Of a DNA stretch of 64,000 nt, positions 24,221-33,900 are shown in pieces. The stretch comes from Mantamonas sphyraenae STR306. Its lineage: Eukaryota > Protista > CRuMs. How positions within the stretch are numbered: position 1 is the stretch's first letter; each line of letters begins with the position of its first letter. Location: assembly GCA_026936335.1 (NCBI GenBank), contig JAPMXV010000039.1, positions 124,001 to 188,000 on the forward strand. Reading direction: 5' to 3'. The notes beneath the pieces are model-generated. The model ran no database searches, had not been told where the DNA came from, and saw only the letters and a program-made list of their open reading frames with translations. Both the position numbers and the translations under genes were made by a program.

Positions 24221-27200
24221 TCAGCGGAGCATTGTCTTTTTGAATGTGGCGAGGGCGTCCCTTTCGACTTGCTCCAGCGCACCTGGTCCTTTCTCCAGCT
24301 TCTTCCTCATCTCGTGCACCCAACGCACCATCAACAGCGATGTCGTCGACTGCCACTGCCGCTCACGGTGTTCGTCCACCGAGTACGCACACACACGCAC
24401 AGCCATCCTCTCCAGCAGTCGTGCATCCACCTCCACGCCCAAGTCCTTCATCACCACAAGCAGTGTTTCCAGCTGCTCATCCGTCCGATCCTCGGCCAGA
24501 CCGTGCACCCTCGGTTCCCACCGGTCTGCCAGTGCCACCACAGCCTCACTGTGGACGCGGACATTGCTGCCGTAGTTTTTGCGCCGATTCCGCCTGTTGT
24601 TGTTCCGGCCATGGTCCTGGTTGTCATTCTCGAGCACCACTCGCTGCTTCACACGCCATTGACGCAGTTGATGTCCAAACCATGCCTCGAGGAACTTGTG
24701 ATTGCGCACTTTTCCTCTGTCCATCGCCCGTGATGCCCCCTTGCTTCCCAGCAACAGCAACATCGTCATCACATCCGGCGATTTGTCAGCATTTGCAGCA
24801 ACCACGACGTCCATGGCTCTCATCCTGCTGTTGTCTCCCTCCACACGCTCGTTGATGTCGCGCATGCCGTACTGCTTCAGCCACGGCAACGACGACATCC
24901 GAAAGTTCTCCACCGCCCATGCGAAGCTTGTGTTGGGCTGCACGGGGGATTCACAGTACAAGTGGTGCGTGTCATCATGAATGGAGTACGCGCCGTATCC
25001 GTAGCTGTAGCTGGAACGGGCCCCGGTGCTTCCTGTCCGCATGATCGTCAGAGCTTTCTCGCGCCCCACTCGGTTTCGGGTGAAGTTGTCCACCCTCCGC
25101 TCGATATCATCCAACAGCTGCACATAGTCGCTGTCCTGCCATATGTACAGGCGTTGGTCTCCTCGGGTGAGAGTAAGCTGGTTGCAGATTCGCCACAGCA
25201 CCTCATCCGGCATCGTTGTCCACAGATGAGTGGGCTCGTACGCATGCATCCCACCAGCCTCAAACATCACGTGTCTTTCCTCCGTGTTGATCAGCAGCAT
25301 TGTCTCAATGATCTGGTCCTCGTACTTCCAGCCGAGGTCCTTGTGCACACTGCGGCTCCAATCTCCAAGCCGCACGCCGCGGTACACCCCATTGGCACTC
25401 AGCCACTCACGTCTCTGCGTGGGATTCTTCAGAATTGCACGCATGCCCCGAACGCATTCGCTCTCCTGCTTCGCACCCACCTTGCCCTTTCCCTTTCCGT
25501 CAGACGCGGACGACGCCTCCATGCCCGACATGAGCAGGATGTACGCCACACGCTGCGATGTACACGCTGCCAACACATTGTCGCCAACACTCGAGTCCGC
25601 CCCAGCCTCCAACAGCAATTGCACGATCCGCGGGTCTCCTCCATGCACTGCACACAGCAGAGCAGTTTCGCCTCCTGCTGCCACTGCATTCACATTGGCG
25701 CCGCATGCCAGCAGATACTTGATTGTGGGAACATCGACGGCCGGGTTTCGCGTCAACGCGGCCATGAGTAGCGTCTGGCCGTCAAACGCGGCGTGTGCGG
25801 GTTCGTTCACATCCACGTACGCCATCAGGGTCACCAGCACACCGATCCTCGCGCCTTCCACAACGGCTTTGTAGCACACACTCACGTCGGGCACCGCGCC
25901 AGAGTCGATCAACAACTGGATCATCGGCGGAGCGTGGTGTTCGTTGATGGCCAGATGAAGGATGCTCATGGAGACGCCGAATCGCTGGATCGTGCGGTTC
26001 ACATCAGCTCCTGCGTCAATGAGCCGTTTTGCCACAGGCTCATTCTTTCCATTGGTCATGGACAGAGCCAAAGGCGTCAATCTGTTGGCCTTTGCGCCTC
26101 GTTGAGACGATTGAACCTCGGCAACGGGATCCACCCAAGCTCCTGCTTCCAACAACAGCCCCATGCTCTCAACGTCCAGATTCTGTGCTGCCATGTGCAT
26201 TGGCGTGTTGTGAGAATCAGGCGCGGCCAGATTTGGATCCGCACCTGCTTCCAGGAGAATCTTCATCAGCTCGTATGTGCCCACTGCCAGGTACAGAGGA
26301 GACACCGGGCCCAGCGCATTCACATCCGCCCCAGAATCCAGCAACAGTCGCACAAGTGCAGGTTCACCCACAGAGCACGCCGCATGGAGAGCCGTGTACC
26401 CGTCCTTCTCGGGATGGTTGACATCTACGCCGGCCTCCAACAGCCTGGCCACTGGCGCATAGAGCTCAGTGGTGTCGCGCCTGTACTTGTCGATGGCAAT
26501 CAACAGCAACGGCGTGTCATGCACTTGGTTTGGCGGCGGCTGATGCTGCTTCATCATCATGTCCAGCAAGCCGTCGTTTGCAAACGCCATTTTCCACAGC
26601 TTCTTGGCACGCTTCCCCCCAACCTGTGCACCATGCTTCACCAACACATCCACCACCTCTCTGCGGTCCGTGTCGAGGGCATTCTCCAGCGCCGTGTGTT
26701 GCTTTTCGTCCTTGCAGCTCACGTCTGCATTGGTGTTTTCCAGCACCACATCCACCATGGCTGCAGCAAGGTCATCGAAACTGAACTCGTCCTCCGACCA
26801 CGATTCGTAGCCCATGAAGTCTTCATCGCGATAGCTGGATCCGTAGTACTCGTCCTCGTAGTCGATATCATCGAGGTAAGCCTCGTACTCCGGGTCGCCA
26901 TCGAGTTCGTGACGGTACACCCTCTCGTAGCCAATCTTGCTCACAGCCAAGTGCAGCAGCCTCTGAGCCACGTCGGTGGACATGTGCTGGCGCAGTTTCA
27001 CCAGCGCAATGGCGCAGTCGATCTTGTCCCGCCTGTGCGACTCCATCAGCTTCCTCACGTTGCTGAAGAACTGCTCCTCCTCGATGTCGCCTTCGTTCAT
27101 CATCCTCCTTGCCAGCTCCAATGCGTTTGCTTTCGAGGCGAGCACCACAGTTGCCATGGTGGCCACGGCTCCAGCGTCCACGAGCACCTCCACCTCCTTC

Positions 27201-28555
27201 CACATCCCTTTCTCCGCAAACACGTGCACCATTGCGTCTGGCACACGGTCCACAGTGCACCCGGCTTCCATCAGCACGCTGACGACGGCAGCCCCGTTCT
27301 CCTTGTGTTTGCTCGCCGCCGCTGCTGCCTCGTCCACGTGCTCCTGCTGACATGGCAACAACAGTTCCACAAGCTGTTCCGCGTTGAAAGGCATGGCTGT
27401 GCACACATCCACCAATGCCCTTGTCCCGTGTGCGTCCGCCCCGCACTCGAGCAGCCGCTGCACCGCCTCCCACTTTCCGTCCTGTGCAGCCGCCTGCAAC
27501 GCATGCGTTCCATCCTTCTCCATGTCCCCCGCTGCTGCAATCAATGCGTACAGAAGAGGCGGTTCCATCTGCTTCACACCCTTTGTCAACGTCGTGCGGT
27601 CTGCAACCGCGCCGCCAGCGAGCAGCTTCTCGTGCAACTCCTGCGTGCCGTGTTCCAGGGCCCACTCCAGCAGACTGCTGCCCTTGCTCAGCTCTGTGTT
27701 TGGATCCACTCCCTGATCCACCAGCACCTGCATCAGCGCACCCAGCCGTCTCATCGCAACAAGGTCCACAGGCCGGTGGAGTGTTTGGTTTGACAGGACA
27801 GCTGACTCTTGGGTGACGCTAGCGCCGGCTGCGATCAGTTCCAACGCCGCTTCTTCGTTGCGTTGCATAATGGCCTGTCCGAGGGGCGTCATGCGTCGCA
27901 CCGCAAGGCCCACTGCCTCTGGACACACCTTGAGGAACGCTTGAAGCGTTTCGGGGCTTCCGTTCCCTCCGCTTTCGCTCCACACTGCGCTCCACTTGAG
28001 CTCTCCGTCCTCGTCATACTGCACCACACCCTCCTTTGTCAGCTTCCCACTGTCCAGCAGCAACTTCAAAACGCTGCTTCCCGGTTCCTTCATCGCCAAG
28101 CGGACCGGAAGGCATTCGGGCATGAGCGGTTTCAGGAAAAAGGCCGTGTTGACGTCCACGCCGTGCTCCATCAGCACGCGCACACACTCGACGTGTCCCT
28201 TGTCAATTGCTATCAGCAACGGTGCGGCCTCTGCCCTGTCACCTGCATCCACCGGATGCTTGGCACCTCGATTCAACAGCAACGTCAGCGACTCCACCAG
28301 GCCGTTGGAGGCTGCCAGGTACAAACACGTGTGCTTGCTGGACTCTAATGGTTGGTTCACATCCACTCCTTCCTTGCTCAGGTGCTCTTCAATGGCCTTC
28401 AAATCCTGCTGCAGGACAGCACCCCACAGCGACGACGGCGACTCGAGGGTCACCTCCTTGGTGGACTCTCCAAACGTCCTTGGTCCCTTGGGAACCCACG
28501 CCTTTGTCGTTGCACTTGGTTTCCACTTGGGTGATGACTTGAATCTCTGGCTCAT
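24221..28555 (-). CDS. Multi-ankyrin-repeat protein (1444 aa) with C-terminal F-box/SOCS-like modules
   Basis: Many ankyrin repeats ('HTCLYLAASNG', 'GYTALHAACSVG...LLDSGADVN', 'NTPMHMAAQN', 'GETALLCAVHGG...LLEAGAD'). The non-ankyrin C-terminal part contains 'WSRSVH...MPDEVLWRI'. Confidence 0.88.
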   Translation of the reverse strand: MSQRFKSSPKWKPSATTKAWVPKGPRTFGESTKEVTLESPSSLWGAVLQQDLKAIEEHLSKEGVDVNQPLESSKHTCLYLAASNGLVESLTLLLNRGAKHPVDAGDRAEAAPLLIAIDKGHVECVRVLMEHGVDVNTAFFLKPLMPECLPVRLAMKEPGSSVLKLLLDSGKLTKEGVVQYDEDGELKWSAVWSESGGNGSPETLQAFLKVCPEAVGLAVRRMTPLGQAIMQRNEEAALELIAAGASVTQESAVLSNQTLHRPVDLVAMRRLGALMQVLVDQGVDPNTELSKGSSLLEWALEHGTQELHEKLLAGGAVADRTTLTKGVKQMEPPLLYALIAAAGDMEKDGTHALQAAAQDGKWEAVQRLLECGADAHGTRALVDVCTAMPFNAEQLVELLLPCQQEHVDEAAAAASKHKENGAAVVSVLMEAGCTVDRVPDAMVHVFAEKGMWKEVEVLVDAGAVATMATVVLASKANALELARRMMNEGDIEEEQFFSNVRKLMESHRRDKIDCAIALVKLRQHMSTDVAQRLLHLAVSKIGYERVYRHELDGDPEYEAYLDDIDYEDEYYGSSYRDEDFMGYESWSEDEFSFDDLAAAMVDVVLENTNADVSCKDEKQHTALENALDTDRREVVDVLVKHGAQVGGKRAKKLWKMAFANDGLLDMMMKQHQPPPNQVHDTPLLLIAIDKYRRDTTELYAPVARLLEAGVDVNHPEKDGYTALHAACSVGEPALVRLLLDSGADVNALGPVSPLYLAVGTYELMKILLEAGADPNLAAPDSHNTPMHMAAQNLDVESMGLLLEAGAWVDPVAEVQSSQRGAKANRLTPLALSMTNGKNEPVAKRLIDAGADVNRTIQRFGVSMSILHLAINEHHAPPMIQLLIDSGAVPDVSVCYKAVVEGARIGVLVTLMAYVDVNEPAHAAFDGQTLLMAALTRNPAVDVPTIKYLLACGANVNAVAAGGETALLCAVHGGDPRIVQLLLEAGADSSVGDNVLAACTSQRVAYILLMSGMEASSASDGKGKGKVGAKQESECVRGMRAILKNPTQRREWLSANGVYRGVRLGDWSRSVHKDLGWKYEDQIIETMLLINTEERHVMFEAGGMHAYEPTHLWTTMPDEVLWRICNQLTLTRGDQRLYIWQDSDYVQLLDDIERRVDNFTRNRVGREKALTIMRTGSTGARSSYSYGYGAYSIHDDTHHLYCESPVQPNTSFAWAVENFRMSSLPWLKQYGMRDINERVEGDNSRMRAMDVVVAANADKSPDVMTMLLLLGSKGASRAMDRGKVRNHKFLEAWFGHQLRQWRVKQRVVLENDNQDHGRNNNRRNRRKNYGSNVRVHSEAVVALADRWEPRVHGLAEDRTDEQLETLLVVMKDLGVEVDARLLERMAVRVCAYSVDEHRERQWQSTTSLLMVRWVHEMRKKLEKGPGALEQVERDALATFKKTMLR

Positions 28556-28695
28556 GTCTCACACCTCAGGATCGTTTACGTTGGGTTCATCCGCGCAACG
28601 ATTGTCCTGCACACATGGTGCATCTGAAAAACAAATACGATGATGTCTACATTGCTGGTGATCACAGGGACAGGTCATGTGTGCTGGGGTTTGAC

Positions 28696-29517
28696 CTAGG
28701 ACGAGTAGGAGGAGGAGGAGCCGCCGCCGCTGTTGTTGTTGAGCTGGGCCTTGAGCTGGTCCAGCTCACTCTGCAACGCAGCCATCTGCTGCTGCACACG
28801 CAGAGGAGGCGTGGGAATCGTCAACACTGGCGGTTGCGGTGGCAATATGCTCATTGGCTCTCCTCGCTCTCGCGGTTTTACGGCCAATCCTGGCACGACA
28901 TCGCTGGTGGACACCTTGGACGACGACCACAATGCGTACGAGTCGGCATCATACGACGACAATTGATACGGGCTGTCCGACCCAGTGGCCATGCTCTGGT
29001 CCACCGACCACGAGCTCGTCGACGTGGTCGAGTACGTATCATCCATGCTCTCCCGCCCTGCCGCCGAACGGTAGCTGTCCGTCGACATCCGTGGTTGGCT
29101 GCCTCCGTCGCTTTCCACACTCTGCAGCGCTGCCACCAGCGAATCTGTGTTGAATGCCTCCACGCCCGCCTCCTCGCCCTCTTCCCTTGATTCGTCTCCC
29201 CGGTTGTTGCTGCTCTGCTTTCCCCGCAGCGCCAGCAGCCCAGACATGCGCAGGCGCCCTCGCCGTGCTGGTGTGTGGGTGCGTGGGTGTGGTGTGTGAG
29301 TGTGTGGGTGTTTGGTGTGAGCAGTGAGTGACCTGTGTGGCCATAGGAGCACACGTTCAGACAAAGAGAGGGGCCAAAAGCAACAAAATGTTGCTCTGCT
29401 TCCTCAGCGCAAACGACACAGCTTCGGGAACAGAACAAGGATGGCAGGCTCACTACCGCTTCACATACTGGGCACATTGGGCTTGGTCGCACTGGACGGC
29501 AGCTCTGGCCTGTCCAT
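28696..29517 (-). CDS. Uncharacterised Ser-rich protein with a C-terminal Pro-rich stretch and short coiled coil; complement(join(28696..29267,29469..29517)), about 206 aa
   Basis: Exon MDRPELPSSATKPNVP, phase-1 donor A|GTATGT (29468), CA-rich acceptor CCAG| (29268) joins in frame to 'TRRGRLRMSGLL'. Ends 'QQQMAALQSELDQLKAQL...SYSS' TAG. No recognised homology. Confidence 0.6.
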
Positions 29518-29518
29518 G

Positions 29519-29664
29519 CTGCACGGTGAGCGCAAGAGGGAGTTGGAGGGAGTCAGTTGGCAAGCCCGTATGGAGCAGCGGAAAGTAGAACCGCCACAGG
29601 ATGCCATGGTTATGAATCCTGGGCATGTGACAGCACGCCAAGGACAGGTGGACAACTCACTCAC
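29519..29664 (-). other. Putative 5'-UTR intron of the orphan gene
   Basis: CAG|GTGAGT donor at 29664, ACTGAC branch-like motif, pyrimidine tract and TGCAG acceptor ending one base before ATG 29517; no upstream ATG in the first exon. Confidence 0.6.
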
Positions 29665-29761
29665 CTGACAAATGCTTCCTTGGGAGGGTTTTCTTGTGGG
29701 CGGCGACGACGTCTCCACCAAGACAACCCCCACACACCAACCACACCAGCCAAAACAAACG

Positions 29762-30904
29762 ATGAGCACAAGAGCTGTGTTGGTGGTGCGACTGAACCGA
29801 GCCCACGACGTGGACGACGATGGCGAGCCCATCGACACGTATGTGGAGCTGACCTTTGACGGGACGGAAAAGAAGTCGTCGACGCTGAAAAACTCGCTGC
29901 ACCCGATGTTCAACGCCTCGTTCCGATTCCGCACACCGAACATGAACATGCCCCTGGATCTGACGCTGAAGCAAGACAAGATGCTGCGTGACAAGACCAT
30001 CGGTAGCACCAGCGTGGACCTGAGCTCACTTCCGTCCAACGAGACCCAAGAGCTCACCCTGCCCCTCAGTGGATCCTCTGCCACCCTGGAGATCTCCGTG
30101 GCATACTACCCGGACGGTGAGGAGGAGGGCAGGGAGGCGGAAGAAAAGGCCAAACAGGAGCTGATGATGGCGGAGCAGCAGAAGCTGATGATGGCCTCTG
30201 CCAGCGCCATGACCTCGGCCAACATGGGCGAGTACGGCGTGGGTGGTGGTGGCTTGCAATCAAGTGGCGTGGTGGGTGTGGCACAACCCATGTATGGCAA
30301 CACGGTCGGTGGGATGGTGGGCCAACCCATGGGCCAACCGCTTTACCAGCAGCAGCAACAGGGAGGAGTCGTCATGGATGCCCCACCTGCATACGATGAG
30401 GGCCAACAGAGCAGCTCTGCGGGAGGTGCTTCGGGTGAGGTTGTCATCGACAAGAGCAACGGCGAGCTGGCCAGCACCGAATTCGGGTTGGACGGAGTGG
30501 ACCCCAGCACGGTGACCACCATCATTCTGGCAGACAACTATGTGGCTTCACTGGTCAACTTGGACCAGTTCTCCTCTCTCACGGTCCTCAACCTGCGCAA
30601 CAATTCGCTTACGTCGCTGGATGGCATTGGTTCGCAGTGCCCGGCTCTGCTCATGCTGGACGCCAGCGACAACGACATCGAAGACCTGGGCGACCTCAAG
30701 ATGTGTGGACGCATGCAACAGATCAACCTCAGCAAGAACTACCTCGAGGACTACGACGACCTTGTCGAACTCGCACAGGCTATGCCCTACCTTGCCCTCC
30801 TCGACATCCGTTCCAACAACCTCAGCGACCGTCAGAACGCAAAGGTCATGAATGCCTTTGCTGGCCGTGCCCGTGTGTTTGTCAGCAGTGAGGATTCAGA
30901 TTGA
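29762..30904 (+). CDS. C2-domain plus leucine-rich-repeat protein, paralogue A (intron-less), about 380 aa
   Basis: C2: 'DTYVELTF...KKSSTLKNSLHPMFNASFRF...DKTIGSTSVDL'; G/Q/M/Y-rich linker; SDS22-like LRRs 'LTVLNLRNNSLTSLDG', 'LDASDNDIEDL', 'INLSKNYL', 'LDIRSNN'. Confidence 0.85.
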   Translation: MSTRAVLVVRLNRAHDVDDDGEPIDTYVELTFDGTEKKSSTLKNSLHPMFNASFRFRTPNMNMPLDLTLKQDKMLRDKTIGSTSVDLSSLPSNETQELTLPLSGSSATLEISVAYYPDGEEEGREAEEKAKQELMMAEQQKLMMASASAMTSANMGEYGVGGGGLQSSGVVGVAQPMYGNTVGGMVGQPMGQPLYQQQQQGGVVMDAPPAYDEGQQSSSAGGASGEVVIDKSNGELASTEFGLDGVDPSTVTTIILADNYVASLVNLDQFSSLTVLNLRNNSLTSLDGIGSQCPALLMLDASDNDIEDLGDLKMCGRMQQINLSKNYLEDYDDLVELAQAMPYLALLDIRSNNLSDRQNAKVMNAFAGRARVFVSSEDSD

Positions 30905-30940
30905 GATTGAGAAGAACGAAAACGCGTTTGTTGATTCGAT

Positions 30941-33900
30941 TCACCATTCCCCTTCGGACTTGTCTTGCAGCTCGCCCTCCTCAAACGTGTTGCCGCCCAG
31001 GTGGGTGTTGTACGCCCCACTGAGTGGAATCTCGGGAAACTGCACCTCAGGCAGCACCAGCTCGCCGTCGCTGGCCTCCAGTCCCATGTACGAGGCAAAC
31101 GAGGCATGGAAGCCTGCCAGCTCACCCTCGGAAATGTCCGACGCCGAATCGTCCGTTCCACCTGCAATGGGCGACACCAGGAGGGAGTATACGTCGCCCG
31201 GCTGGTATGAATCGTCCGATCCGCTTGTGCTGGGCTCTGATCTCACTCCCGGCGACGGTGTCTCCAGCATTGCCTGTTGTGTGTGTGACAGACGGAATCT
31301 CTGGCGAGGCGGAGGTTTGAGCAGACTCACCCTCGCCTCGTAACCCGACGATCCTGCAAGGGGATGTTCCTTGTACGGGGTGGCCCCTTCGGTCATCAGC
31401 TCCAGCCCCGAGCTGTATCCAGGCGGTGCGTCGTGGCTGTCGTCGTCATCATCCTTGTGCTCTCCACCAAAGGCCGGAGGTGCAGACACCGATGCTGCGC
31501 TTTCGTCGCTGCTCATGTCGTGCTCCTCGTGAGCAGGCGGACGCGGCTGCGGTGGCTCCATGATCGAGTACACCTCCGGTTCGTCGTCCGACGAGTCTGA
31601 CCCGAAGCTGTCCTCTTCGTGATCCATGGTAAACGACGCAATCGGGTCCATCGTCGACTCGGTGGCCTCCTGCGGCAACGCCTGTTCCTCTTCCTCTTCT
31701 TCCTCCCCGTCCTCCACGGGGATTTCTTCCACCAAGTCTCCCTCGTGCTCTTCTTCCTCTTCCTCCTCTTCTTCAATCTGTCCTTCCAGATCCTCCACCG
31801 TGATCACGTTGTCCTCCTCCCCTCCTACAGCCTCCTCCGCCTCAATCGTCTCCTCCTCCAGTTCCTCCTCTGCCTCTTGGTCCTCCTCCACTGGTTTCTC
31901 CACTGCCTCCTCCTCTGCTGCTTCTTCCTCTCCCTCTTCTCCCTCTTCTCCCACCTCCTCTTCCTTTCCTTCCTCCACTGCCTCCTCCACCTCCGTGGGT
32001 GCCTCCACCACCTCCTCATCATGCTTTTCGTCCACGGGTTCCTCTCCAACAACCTCGGGTGTTGCCTCCTCCTCCTTCTCCTCCTCCTTCTCCTTCTCCT
32101 TCTCCTCCTCCTCCTCCTCCTCCTCCCGCTCATCCGCAGGAGCATCAACACCATCCGCTGGCCTTTCAACCATGGTTTCTGCCTCTGCTGGCTGCTCCTC
32201 CACCCTCACACCTGTCTCCTTCTGCGCAAGCTCCTCTGCCAACAACGAGGAAAGCCCTTCCAAAATCACAGCCTCCATGTCGGTCGACTCGTCACCCACC
32301 GGTGCCTCCTCCACCTTGCCACTGGCCCCTCGTGCTTCAGCCAGCATCTCTTCGATCATCCCTGCCACCAATCCCTCAGACATCTCCGCCTGCACGCGTT
32401 TCAACTCCATCTCGTGCATCAGCTCCGCCGCCAACGCGTCTGCCAGCGCATCCTTCTCCTCATCCTCCTCATCCCGCTCCTCCTCCTCCTCCTCTCCCTG
32501 GCCCCCGGTGTCTCGTTCAAACGCCTCTCCTGCCTCCTGCCCTGCACCCAGCTGGCCCTCCACGATCTGATGAAAGATTTCGTCCTCCAGCCTGTCCATA
32601 AACTCCTCTTCCATCAACTCGGCCTGCTGTGTGATAAAGTGGCGGTACACACGCTTCAAGCGTGCCTCGGCCTCCTCAACACTCGGCACCCCCCGCACAA
32701 CGCCCGGCTCTCCTGCCCCTCGTCCTCCCTCGTTGCCATCGCCACGAGCCACTCCCTGTACAGACACCACTCCTTGCGTCCCAAACCGATCTACCTCTCT
32801 GTGTTTGCCCGTTGCCGGCCTTGCTTCCTCGTTGTCATCGTCGGTTCCTGCTTCCTTGCTGTTGCCGTGCAGCCCAGCGGCCCCTCCTCCTCCTCCTCTC
32901 CATCATTCTGTGCCTCCCGTCCGTGCACATCATCCGAGTCGAACACGGCCAGGAACTGTTCAAACCGTTCGTTGTACCGTTGCACAGTCGCTTCCAATTG
33001 TGCATCCTCCGCCTCCGCCTCCGCTTCCGCATCGCTGCCTTTTTCCTCGTCTTCCGGCTCGTCACTCCTCGCAGCGTGCTTCTCTTGGCCAGTTTCTTCC
33101 ACTCCTGTCTGGTCCGTAGGTGCCATCGTCCCGGAAGCGGTCGTCCCATTCTCCGCTTTCGCCTCCACGTCTTTCTCCTTGTCAGACAACCCTTTCTCAT
33201 CCCCAGCTCCCACACCCTCCTTCCCTCTCTGTTGCCCGTCTTCTTCCTCATAAGTATTCTCCTCCTCCTCATCCTCATCCTCTTCGTCGTCCTCTTCCCA
33301 CATGCTGCTCTCCTCCGGTTGCGATGCAGCGGCTGCCATCCGTTCCACGAGAGGGCGGGGACGCGAGTCTCCCAGCTTCTGGCGAAGCGGGACCACGTTG
33401 AACTGCGGACCCACAAAGCTGGGCAAGGCTCCCGTGTAGAATGCACCCAACGGGTTTGCCTCTTCCATCGCGCGTGCCATTTCCAGCTCCAACTCCCGTT
33501 GCGCCTGCACCCACGGCTGCGGCTCCAGCTCCATCTCCATTTCGTCCAATGCAGCCTTGGTTTCGATCCGTTCCAGCAGAGCCTCGCGCTGTTCCTCCCT
33601 GTGTCGCCGCTGAAACGCGCGATACTCTTTCACCATTGCCTGGAACTGGCTTGTGCTCATCATGCGGGCCTGGTCGCCCCCATGCGATCCACTTGCCGCC
33701 GTCGCCGCTGCCGTCGATCTCCGATCGCGCATGTATCGCGGTCGGCTGCTCCCTCCGCCGCGGCTGCTGCTTGCTCCCGCTCCACTGCCGCCTCCGCCGG
33801 GGCCGTCTCGTTTCAGTTGTTGCTGCACTTCCAGCACCACAATGGCTGCTTCGCCGTCCACACGTGCCAAGACGCCGTCCACCGAGTCTGTGTCCCGTCC

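Noticed and set aside
32770-32800. Small intron starting AG|GTAGAT to bridge the two ORFs
   Set aside because: The nearby AG acceptors give the wrong phase, and the alternative frame already reads as natural protein ~90 nt upstream.
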